This document shows, piece after piece, positions 22,205 to 32,332 of a stretch of 64,000 bases of DNA. The notes below the pieces were generated by a model, which was not told the DNA's origin, ran no database searches, and saw nothing but the letters and a program-made list of their open reading frames with translations. How positions within the stretch are numbered: the first letter of the stretch is position 1; every line of letters starts with the position of its first letter. This stretch comes from Botryllus schlosseri (taxonomy: Eukaryota), in assembly GCA_051294905.1 (NCBI GenBank), contig CM119372.1, positions 25,546,001 to 25,610,000 on the forward strand. The letters are read 5' to 3'. Made by a program: the position numbers and the translations under genes.

Positions 22205-23353
22205 TCGAAGTACTCGAGTAGTTATCCTCTACTTCTGGTACTTACTTAAGTAGATCGATTTTTCGCTACTTCTACTTCTACTTCGTAATATTTTGTGAAA
22301 TCTTACTTACTTTTCACTATTTTTAGTTTGTCAATTAGAAGTAGTTTAATCCCCCAGTAAGAAAGATAGCCTAAGCCGCTAAGGAATTTCGGGGCTGTTT
22401 TCACGTAGTACCAACATTTAATTTTCATAAAAGTCATGTAATACCCGAAATTTTCGCTGCGTGACAAATATGTTTTAACGAAAGTATGGCTGAATATAAT
22501 TTAGATACCGGGTTGCGTGGTTCCGTTCACACCACATTGTCGCATATATCAAATATTTCATTACAGTAAGTATGGCCTCCCATAACATTTGAGACTACCG
22601 TTTCGCAATCTAGCAATTACCTATTATACCTAGCAGCCCATGACATGTCCTAATCTGGAAAAGTTGACTTTGACTTTTTTTTTTATGTTAGACTTGTTTT
22701 AGCAGACCACCGTTGAAACTTGCTGGACAAGAGACATGAAATATATTTTCCGCTTGTTAGAAGTAGTATTTTTCGTTCAAATACGAGTATTATACGTTGA
22801 GTTTTAATTATAGTCTCAGTTCTTTTGTCTGGAGAACATGCATGCGGAAGTATAAAAGCAAGTGTAGTAATGCCCTGTATTTTCCGAAAATAAAGCCGTA
22901 TCCGACACAACTTCTCCGTTTTGCTCTTCGACTGAACTAGGGGCCGTATAATATGGGGGAGGGCGCCATGCCATGATATTCTCTAAAACGGGATGTTCGA
23001 GTAAATAAAGGATTAGTATCGCATTTCCATATCAATACTATCATTTACATCCCATGACGTGGACGAGTGCTTATTCTATCAAAATTTGGAAACTCATCAA
23101 TATAAATCAAGCTCTCTACACCTTCCGCATAACTCCATTTGCGGCTTTTGACAGTCCATGCGAACGAATGACGATGATCGTTTTCACAACTACTTACTTA
23201 CTTGAGTAGATTTAAAGTCTGTCAATTCTACTTCTACTTCAAGTAGTTTTAGGTTGCTTATGAAAGAAGTACTTCTACTCGTACTTGAGTAGATTTTCGT
23301 CGTTACTTCTACTTCTACTTGAGTAGCTTTCTTGACTACTTTAACCACCTCTG
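22205..23353. mobile_element. AGTAG/CTACT-repeat TIR element (family of 47138-50006)
   Basis: Subterminal TACTTCTACTT arrays; right end ACCACCTCTG; internal homology to 47412-47480. Confidence 0.65.
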
Positions 23354-23544
23354 CACACTTTAGACCAGGTGTGGGCAAACTACGGCCCGCGGGCCGCATG
23401 CGGCCCTCCACGTCGTTATGTGCGGCCTGCGAGAGTCTAAAGAAACTTATTAAAAATGTTGATAAAACGCGTACTAAAAATCGAATGAAGGCCGGGACTT
23501 GATTAAACATTTTCTTGGTATATTCCACCATGATAATTCAAAGA

Positions 23545-24810
23545 CAGTGGTTCTCCAACTGGGGGCGCACCCCCCTGGTGGTGGTGAAAGCATCTGAAGA
23601 TGGGCGCGAGTCTGAGCTCAACTGAAATTATTTTTCGCGCTTCGCACGATCTACATCCCATTCATACTTGTTGCTCTGCATATTTAGTCTGAATTTTAGG
23701 GATGGTGTGAACTTCTGAAAGGTTCAGGTTCGTGTGAACGCGAACCTTCTTGAAAGGTTCTGTGTGAACGCGAACGTGAACCTCGTGACGTCACGTGACG
23801 CCATATTGCTAATTCCAACCCTACATTTCAGTGAAGTGATACCTAACGACGACTCAGGCCACATTGCTGAAGTAGGCCTACATACTGACTTTTTCAACGT
23901 CACCAAATGTATCAATTGGAGCAATCAAATGATATAATAATCCCATAAAATCAATATCATTCGTCGCATTGTCTACAATTTCGACGAGGAGTTGCAAAGG
24001 AATATAAGCTTACGCCCTAACGGTCTGGGCCAGACCGAACAATGTATTTGGCGTCTGAGTGTTGCTACGTTGATATTGATCAGAGTGTAAACGGGTTTTA
24101 CCCCATTAACCATTCATACAGCAGTAGCCAACATCCCAATCGCACGGATTTGGTTTGTATGATACAATAATCATGAAATCGAGATGGACCCCTACGCTAC
24201 CTAGATATTTTACATCAGAGAACGATATCAATTTAATTGAATAAGCATCATCTGCTGGCTACCTACATGTATAGCTCTTGCTGTTTTGCGTTTGCGGGTC
24301 AAGCTCACAGCAGAGCGTCACTAAATATTCACAAACAGAAAGCTGGATATTTCGAGAAAACATTTGTAACAAAGCAGCTAAAATTTTTGAGATTGTCGAT
24401 GTGCATGTTCGTTAAGTGTTGATTTTTTTATGCTGCCAGCGACATGCATAGAGTGGCCCGCAATTGAAATGTAATAAACTTTAACCAAAGATGGTATAAT
24501 GATGTTAAAATTGTAATATATAAAAAAGGTTCACAGTGCAGAACCTTCCGAGGTTCGTTTGTGAACGTGAACCTCTAAATTTCCGAGGTTCACACACAGA
24601 ACGCGAACGTGAACCTCACGTTCACACCATCCCTACTGAATTTCATATTTAAAAAATCTCTCATCCACTGTCGTAACCTTCCATGCCACTGTCCGTTAGG
24701 TTTGCTAGCATCCTGGTTGCGATTTGTGATATGACGATAAGGGGGTGCGAACTCTTTTACCATCATAAAGGGGGTGGGGTGGCATGTCTTGAAAAGTTTG
24801 AGAACCACTG
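23545..24810. mobile_element. CAGTGGTTC...GAACCACTG hAT-type MITE with nested insertion
   Basis: Matching TIRs; uninterrupted paralog at 55527-55822. Confidence 0.8.
23697..24635 (+). mobile_element. TAGGGATGGTGTGAAC-family hAT-type element
   Basis: TIRs TAGGGATGGTGTGAAC / GTTCACACCATCCCTA; perfect 8-bp TSD CTGAATTT; GTGAAC arrays. Confidence 0.9.
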
Positions 24811-27236
24811 TTCGGAGTTAAATACTTCCTATATCATTTTCTATGTTTAATTTCTGGCGCGACATCCCGATCTCAAGGTCCCCGCAGATTGAATGATTTC
24901 AACTGATAAACATCACATAAATCCCAAACAAGATTGACATAATTCGGATCACTAGTGTGATTTCAGATTGGCCAATCCAGTTTTAATTATTTCAGTGATG
25001 TGCTTATAAAAACGATTCGCGCGTGCTTACGTAGATTCGTTCCTCCAATCTTGGCCAAATTTACTGGAGCCAGAAAATTTCGCACCCTTATGTTCATCAA
25101 ATGCAATCTAACAGTGTCCGAGCAAGCATAGGCGCCGAGTTACGGAGTGGCGGGGTGGCGGCCACCCCGTGTAATTAGATTAAACGCCCGCCGTCTGCGA
25201 TTTCGAATCATCAGCATTAAAACCCCAGGTGTGTAGCCAGGGAGTTCCTCATTTATAACTAGAAATCCCGTCCTTTTGAAACGCCAATTCACTAATTCGT
25301 ATTATCGATGCTGTGTACTGCAAATTAGCGAGAATCATTTGTATGCAAAATGGGTCATCGATATCTCATGTGCACTATCGGCGGTGGTTTGATTTAGCGC
25401 GTCCTTATGTAGGCTCGCTCCCGTTCGCAGATACACTTTCTCCAAACAGTAAAAATCTCTGAGTGCAATATTGTTTGTGTTTATGTATCTTTTTGATTAA
25501 AACTTATGCCCGCGTCTGAACAAATTGTGCTCTTTGCCATTGCCGAATCTGGGTATTCAGGTATGGCTAGCACACCCTGCAATTGTAATTATTGCAGGTT
25601 CGCGGCATGTCTGAATTTCGTTATCAGCGCAACCTTACCGGCCGATTGTACGCACAGTCCTATAAAATTGATCACTGCTATGTATTTCGCACAGCGTACT
25701 GAGGCTGACTTCAGCAAACTAACGATCCTTATTAGATGTACAAATTCGACCTCATCGTTAGAAACGTAGATTGACGACCAAATGCACGTTCACCTTCTAC
25801 AAATTAAGGTGCATTATTTGCATTTATGAGGGCCGCAAGCTGCGTTTGAAGTATTTTGTGAACCATATTTGTGATAAATATTCTCGGAGCGCAAAGTTGA
25901 ACAATGTTTAATTGTGTGTGCCTGCTAGTTGAAATTTATTCCAGTGCCCTTTATATTAATCCAATTATGCTTTGCGTATACGTAAATCGGGAAATGCAGC
26001 AATGCAGTCAAAATCGATGTTTCAAATAGCAACCAATTGTCGCGATGCGAGCCACTCAATACTAAGTAAAAACCCATTGTGTTGGCGGCAAAGGATAATT
26101 ACTGATTGGCCGCGCGCGTTTGTAATCATAATTCTTGTCTGTCTTTCGTGTTCTAGAATTGTCGCGCCGTGTTACTGCTCAGTCCAGCGACGAATGCCGA
26201 GCGCGCGGCAATCAATGACATAATTTCGCAACCGTCGTAATACGAATCTCGCTAATTGGTCGCGGCCCTCGTAACACTAATAATACAACTTGTTGAATTG
26301 CAACTGAATATTAGCGTCAGAATGGTCATTTCAAAAGGACGGGGTTTTGCGTTTGAAAAGGAGGGGGTTTCGACACCCCCCAGCCTGCGTACCATATCCG
26401 ACCAATTTCTCACCGCTATAACTGGCATCATTTCTAAAACTGTGTGTTTTGGTTTTTGTAGCGGAGGTTATTTGCCGGCTGTGGCCATAAAATGCCTAGG
26501 TGGTAGGTGAAAGGTGGGGGTACTTGAAACAAAGCCTTGATGAAAGATTTCTGTTACAAAAACGAATATTAAACACGTTTTGACAGTAGATTACTCAATA
26601 TAGTAGTAGCCTACGTGGAATATCCAAGTCGCGTGTGTCAGTCGATTATTATTTCATACCGCCGTTCCTGACAAACAAGCCCAGTAAAAAAGACCAAATA
26701 AAGAATGACATATAAACAAGAATAAGAAATAGCGACTTGAAACCAATGAATAAAGAATAACGTCGTAAAGATTGTGATTCGGGCACTAGGCCAAGATGGA
26801 TGCCAGATCAAAAGAGCCACAACTGTTTGTTTCAGCATCCTCCCATGTGTTCCTTACATCGTTGTAAGTGTCTCGCGCAGATGAAAATATAATCTGACGA
26901 TTGATTATATTGATTGATTTATGAATCGAATCGATTCGATAGTCTACAACAGGGGTTCTCAACCCGCAGACGTTTATTTTGCGGCCCGCGACATGTTTCA
27001 TTATGAACGCAATTACTACTGAGTACTGTCGCAATTTGTTACATATGAATTAAGCTGCGTTAGCTCTCTTATCGCACCGTCTCTGTTTCGTTTGAACATA
27101 CTCATTCTTCGATGTGTTCTGGTTTCTTGATATATGCTCGGGTTTCGATTCTGATTGTTTTGAATCGGTATATATTCGGCTCGACTCGGGTTCAAGAGAA
27201 TCCCGCTGCGTAGTACACTTAAGGAGAATGTTTCAC

Positions 27237-27811
27237 TATAGAAATTAAACATGGAACGGCAACGACCGATTTTGCAGCTTCGTTCCGCTTCGCCGGGGCT
27301 GGAGTGGAGAATCGTTTTGCGTAAGCGACTGTAGGATTTCTGGCAATCCAAAAGCTATCTTCCCGAGCGCAGAAATTATGGAATCTGGTCTTGATCGAAA
27401 GCTACTGTTGCACCGACTCCGAAAATATACATTAAAATATTGATCAGGCACTGATCCACCTAGAATCTGTCCTCCAAGTCTGAAATGTCGGCATTGTTTA
27501 GAACAATCGAGTAACCGCAACACAATGACCATAACTCTCCGATTGTTCGAACAATGCCGATATTTCAGACTTTGAGGACGGATTCTAGGTGGATCAGTGC
27601 CTGATAATTATTTTACTTTATATTTCCGGAATCAGTGCAACAGTAGCTTTCGATCAAGACCAGATTCAATAATTTCTGCGCTCGGGAAGATAGCTTTTGG
27701 ATTGCCAGAAATCCTACAGTCGCTTACGCAAAACAATTCTCCACTCCAGCCCCGGCGAAGCGGAACGAAGCTGCAAAATCGGACGTTGCCGTTCCATGTT
27801 TAATTTCTATA
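27237..27811. mobile_element. Foldback element B, TATAG...CTATA
   Basis: ~270-bp near-identical inverted arms; perfect 7-bp TSD GTTTCAC at 27230-27236 and 27812-27818. Confidence 0.92.
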
Positions 27812-27858
27812 GTTTCACTCACCAAGAATGGTTTGAACAGAAACAAGAACAAGGAACG

Positions 27859-28239
27859 TAGGCTTACCATATTTTGGAATTCTAAAAAGAGGACACTTTT
27901 TCAGAAATTTGCAACTTGCAAAACCGGAGTAGAATTCTCAAAAACCGATTAATTTTTCCCACTTTGTGACCGGTTGACTAAAAAAAAAAAGAAAAAAAAA
28001 AGGTCATCTTTTCGCTCAGAGCTAAAATCACCGTTTTTCACTCCTAAATACCCGCCGGAGCTTCACTTCTGTGCTAATTTGCGGCATATCACTCGCAATT
28101 TGCTCTAAATCTGACCTAAATTTTCAAAAAAGAGGACAAAATCTCAAAAAAGAGGACAAAAGGGCGTCCTCCGAGGACACTTTCAAAAAAGTCAAAAAAG
28201 AGGACAAATCCTCTTAAAAGAGGACGTATGGTAAGCCTA
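27859..28239. mobile_element. hAT-type MITE (TAGGCTTACC family)
   Basis: TIRs TAGGCTTACCATA / TATGGTAAGCCTA; perfect 8-bp TSD AAGGAACG; near-identical to 45305-45754. Confidence 0.92.
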
Positions 28240-29205
28240 AAGGAACGAGAAATTGAACGGCGAAAACTGGGTTTGTAACTCTGCGTGGAACAATGAATTT
28301 TCTCCCTCAGATACAAATGGAAACCCGACGTGTCATATTTGTCGAAGAACAGTTGTCGTAACAAAGCGTCGAAGCTTAAAATGATACCACGAGAGTTTGG
28401 CCTGGAGTTAGACATATCGCCTGTTCCGGAACTTAGCAGCAAGGACAACATCACCTGACAAATTTTGAAGCTACAATTGTCTGATTCAACCGTGACCGGA
28501 AGAGTATCAGCTATGACAGTCAATTTTTTGTCGCATGTTCTGAATCACTTTGCGGCGTAGACTACTTTAGCCTAGCATTGGGCGAAGCCACCTACTCCAC
28601 AGACATTGCATATAGCTACTTCTCCGGGTTTATTTTATCAGAGTGGACATGGACATATTTGCAGACGAAAAGCTGGCAGGGCATATACGTGGAGAGGGGA
28701 CCAGCAAAAACATCAACTTGACAAAGCTGACTTTTTAACTATCGGTGCAGGGCTCCAGCCACGAAAGGAAAGGAGAAGGGTTGATTGGTTTGCTCAGAAA
28801 TTATCCCGAACTCCAGATTTCTTCTCATATCACTGAAAGCTCAAAGCGACAATGGTCTCTGTAACGGAAAAGTTACCGTAATTTTTCTCGCTCGAACATT
28901 GAAACACGGGTTTTGGTTCTCTGGTTGAAGGGTTTGAAGGCTTGCACACTGCAACGAATGCAATGCACGCTTCATGAAGGGATTTGCTTGCGCCGCTGGA
29001 ACATGGCATATTCTCACAAGAAGCAGTAACTGCAAACTCACGAACGCTGTCCATAACGACTTTAGAATGCATAAAAATCCACTAAATGCCCGTATGTGAC
29101 TGGTAAATATAGGCTACAGTAGCCTCAATTTAATAGTAGCCCACAGATACACGGCAATAATGGTCTGCGGCCCGCAGCGTTTTCTGCTGTTAAAATGCGG
29201 CCCGT

Positions 29206-29261
29206 GAGAGAGAGATAGAGATATGATATTCTTTTCCAATTTTCGAGTCTTTGGTATGACC
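29206..29261 (-). mobile_element. 3' part of a tRNA-derived SINE split by the LINE
   Basis: Minus strand GGTCATACCAAAGACTCG...AAAAGAATATCATATCTCTATCTCTCTCTC; the tail matches the SINE copy at 59517-59539. Confidence 0.7.
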
Positions 29262-32258
29262 GTTTTAGTGATGTTTATTCAAGTATGTACATAAAATATC
29301 AAAAATTTCATAAAGAAAATCTTTCCCCATCATCGGTTCATCTCGTCTCAGCCGTTGCCGAAGTCGGATTCGTATTCGCTGTCGTGGTAGACGCCGTCGT
29401 AGGTTGGCGCTCGTAGTCGCTCGGCTCATCTCATCGCATCAGTCGATGTCGATTCGTTGTTGCGGTCGTAGTAGGAGTCGTCAGTACTTGGCGCTCGTTT
29501 GCGTGTGTTTTTCATATAAATTTGGTGGAGTGGTGAGGGGTGGGGTAGGAATATGGTAGGGTTAGGGGTGGATAGGGTAGGGGGGTTTGTTGTTTAGGGT
29601 TGAGGTAAAGAGGGATGGGATGGGAGGTTTGGGGGGGGATAGGTGGTAGGTGGATTGGTTGGGTTTTGTGGGTCGATAAATACAATACAATTTATCGCGC
29701 GAGCGTTTAATGGGCTCGCTTAAATTATTCGGTATATTTTACTTCTTATATCGTTGATGCGTTCGTCAATATTTTGGGCGTATTCATTTTGTATGTCGAG
29801 TGCATTTTTCCATTCCCACACAAGGGTTTTCACGTTCATAAAAGCTTGTATTATAGTCGGAGCTTGCGGTCCGTCGTAGACGTTGCGTATGATCTCGTCT
29901 GGTGTAGCGTCAATAGTCGTTTGCAGGTCGTTCTCGAGATCCTGTATTACAAGAGAGAACAGTTTTTTGTAAGTTGCACATTCTGCGAAAGTGTGGCGCA
30001 GAGTGTCTTCGGCGTGTTGGCAGAATTTGCATTTGTTTTTCAAGTAGGCATCTTTTCGTCGTACCCAGCCTGCGTTGGTTTTTCTGGAGCCTGTAAAGTA
30101 GCTCTCAGTGTTAATGCGATACGAAATCTCACGTTTCTTGTTGTCAATGTGGTCTTTGATATTGGGTTGGTATAGCCATATCTCTTTCCAGTCCGCCATG
30201 CGGCTTCCTCCTTGTTGCGTCTTCGTTTTAACAAGGATCTGGTACATTTCTTTCTGGCGTAGTTCTTGTATATCTTGTGATTGGCTTTTAATTACGTCGA
30301 AGATTTTCTTTTCCTTCTTCCATTCCTCCGTCAATGTATTTCTGTGAGGGTATAGGTTGTTGTATAAATTGCAATTTATATCTCTCACCTTCGTTGTTAG
30401 ATTGTATATCGCTTCTGCATGCCAGATATCAATCGGGTTTTCGAGTCGACTAAGTTGTTGTAGTCTTTTTGCTCTCTTTGCTTGTGTTGCAGATTCGATA
30501 TCTGGCATATCAATCCCTCCTTCTGGCTTAGGTCTGATCAGTTGTATTCTGCTTTTCTGCTCGAGCTTCTCAGGACTCCACAGTAGGCCGAAGACGAGGC
30601 GTTCGAGTTGCTTGAGCTTGTCGTCTGGAATTTGCTTGTTGGCATATGTATAAGTTATTTTGCTAATTATATATGCCTTAATCGCCGTTATTTTACCAAT
30701 CCAAGAAAGCCGTTTTGATTTAATATGCCTTACGCTTTTCTCGACTCCTTGCCAGAGTCTGTCGAAGTTCATTTGCAGTTCGCTTTCACCGTGGTATAAG
30801 CCCAGTATCTTAATTACTGGCTTCAGCATATGTGCGTGCGCAGTTTTTTGCAGTCTGATACGCGATTTTTCGTTCAGTGGTAGGATTTCCGTCTTGCCTG
30901 TGTTGATATCTTGACCTGTCACTCTATGCAGGCTTTGATATTCGTTAAGGACTGCTGTAATAGAGTCAGTTGTTCTTAGATACAGTGTGACGTCATCAGC
31001 AAATTGGTCTAATTTATGCTCTATCCCGCCGATTCGGATAACTCTGATGTTGTCGTTAGTGCATAGTTTGTGGGCTAGAGGGTCTGCGCTAATCGCGTAT
31101 AGTGTCATACTTAAAGGACATCCTTGTCTAATGCCCCTCGTACAATTTACATTTGCTGCTTGGAGGCCGTTAACCTCGAGGGTCGCAATAGGATTATCAT
31201 ATATGGCTTTGATCACTTTAAGAGTTTCTCTCTTGACGGGCAGTTTATCAAGCACTTTGAACAGCATTTGGTGATCGACCTTATCAAAGGCTTTTCTTGC
31301 GTCTATGGTCATTATATAACCTTCCAAAGGTTTTTCTTGATGATAATTAACAATTGCACTCACATTGTTGTGTATCACGTCCATTTGTCTTCCGGGAATT
31401 CCCGCTTTCTGTGTCATGTTGATGTTGCTCGAAATATCCTCAACCAGTCTGTTGTTGAGAATTTTCGCCATTATTTTGTAGTCCGTGTTTAACAGCGAAA
31501 TGGGTCGCCAGTTCGCTAAATCCTTTTTGTCCTTTCCTTTGTGAATCAAAATAATTTTAGCACGTTTCCAACTATGCGGTATGTTTCCGTATATTAGCGC
31601 GTTGTTTATGATTTCTGTTAATCTCGAGCCAATGTTTTTCCACATTGCAAGGTAGAATTCCACTGTTAGGCCGTCGAACCCCGGCGACCTTTCCCTGTTC
31701 ATTGCTTTCAGTATTTGTAATATTTCGCTAGATTGTATTACCGATGTTTGTTCATTGTCTTTCCCGTGCATGCAGTCTTGCTTATACGATGATAGATATT
31801 CGTCTTGATCGTACGAATTAGTGCCGTCGTGTCGGGTCCACAATTCTGTGTAAAATTGTTCAATCTGGTTAGCAATAATATTACGGTCAGTCGTTACCGT
31901 TCCATCTCTGAGCTGTAGTTCTTTAAGCTCGATCTTGCGCCGTCTGGTCTTCAATTCTTGCCAAAATTGTCTCGTCGTGTTAGATTCACCTTCGCAACGG
32001 TCAATTTTGGTTAACATGCGCAATTTTCCTTTTACCCTCTGATACGTTATCTGAGGGTCACAGGTTTGATATTTGTCTATTTCATATCTCTTGCTTACGT
32101 TGGCAATTCTATCTTTTAGTCTGTCCCACCATTGTTGTATTCCGTGGCAGTGTTGAATATTATTCTCCTCAAAGCTTATGAGATTAGATATTATATCTCG
32201 GTACACGTCATCTCGCAAAAGGTCATTATTACACTTCCAATTTTTTCTTCCCCATAGA
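29262..32258 (-). mobile_element. 5'-truncated Tx1/L1-clade non-LTR retrotransposon
   Basis: Intact RT ORF; ~460-nt 3'UTR; AATAAA (plus-strand tttatt 29274-29279) then a short A run; flanked by GGTCACAC/GGTCATAC (8-bp TSD, 1 mismatch). Confidence 0.88.
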
Positions 32259-32332
32259 GTGTGACCCGGCCGGGAATCGAACCCACGACCAACCGCTCGA
32301 AAAGCCGGACGCATAACCATCACACTATTCAT
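29720..32332 (-). CDS. Tx1/L1-type ORF2 reverse transcriptase lacking the APE endonuclease (870-aa open frame; first ~25 codons SINE-derived)
   Basis: SPGFDGLTVEFY, NWRPISLLNTDYKI, DARKAFDKVDH, GIRQGCPLS, QFADD, EGGIDMPD and the C-terminal CKFC...H...C zinc knuckle; no stops. Confidence 0.9.
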   Translation of the reverse strand: MNSVMVMRPAFRAVGRGFDSRPGHTLWGRKNWKCNNDLLRDDVYRDIISNLISFEENNIQHCHGIQQWWDRLKDRIANVSKRYEIDKYQTCDPQITYQRVKGKLRMLTKIDRCEGESNTTRQFWQELKTRRRKIELKELQLRDGTVTTDRNIIANQIEQFYTELWTRHDGTNSYDQDEYLSSYKQDCMHGKDNEQTSVIQSSEILQILKAMNRERSPGFDGLTVEFYLAMWKNIGSRLTEIINNALIYGNIPHSWKRAKIILIHKGKDKKDLANWRPISLLNTDYKIMAKILNNRLVEDISSNINMTQKAGIPGRQMDVIHNNVSAIVNYHQEKPLEGYIMTIDARKAFDKVDHQMLFKVLDKLPVKRETLKVIKAIYDNPIATLEVNGLQAANVNCTRGIRQGCPLSMTLYAISADPLAHKLCTNDNIRVIRIGGIEHKLDQFADDVTLYLRTTDSITAVLNEYQSLHRVTGQDINTGKTEILPLNEKSRIRLQKTAHAHMLKPVIKILGLYHGESELQMNFDRLWQGVEKSVRHIKSKRLSWIGKITAIKAYIISKITYTYANKQIPDDKLKQLERLVFGLLWSPEKLEQKSRIQLIRPKPEGGIDMPDIESATQAKRAKRLQQLSRLENPIDIWHAEAIYNLTTKVRDINCNLYNNLYPHRNTLTEEWKKEKKIFDVIKSQSQDIQELRQKEMYQILVKTKTQQGGSRMADWKEIWLYQPNIKDHIDNKKREISYRINTESYFTGSRKTNAGWVRRKDAYLKNKCKFCQHAEDTLRHTFAECATYKKLFSLVIQDLENDLQTTIDATPDEIIRNVYDGPQAPTIIQAFMNVKTLVWEWKNALDIQNEYAQNIDERINDIRSKIYRII
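32259..32330 (-). mobile_element. tRNA-derived SINE head (Pol III A and B boxes)
   Basis: Minus strand TAGTGTGATGG (A box, 32317-32327) and GGTTCGATTCC (B box, 32273-32283); 25/27 identity to the head at 59685-59711. Confidence 0.8.

Noticed and set aside
27245..27803. Paired ORFs sharing SSFRSRPDSIISALGKIAFG
   Set aside because: Artefact of the palindrome: the same arm is read on both strands.
29774..31492. Plus-strand ORFs overlapping the RT
   Set aside because: Antisense shadows of the LINE ORF2 with no recognisable motifs.
32259..32330. tRNA gene
   Set aside because: A and B boxes are present, but I could not fold a convincing acceptor/anticodon stem, and a related head occurs in a SINE at 59685; treated as a SINE head.
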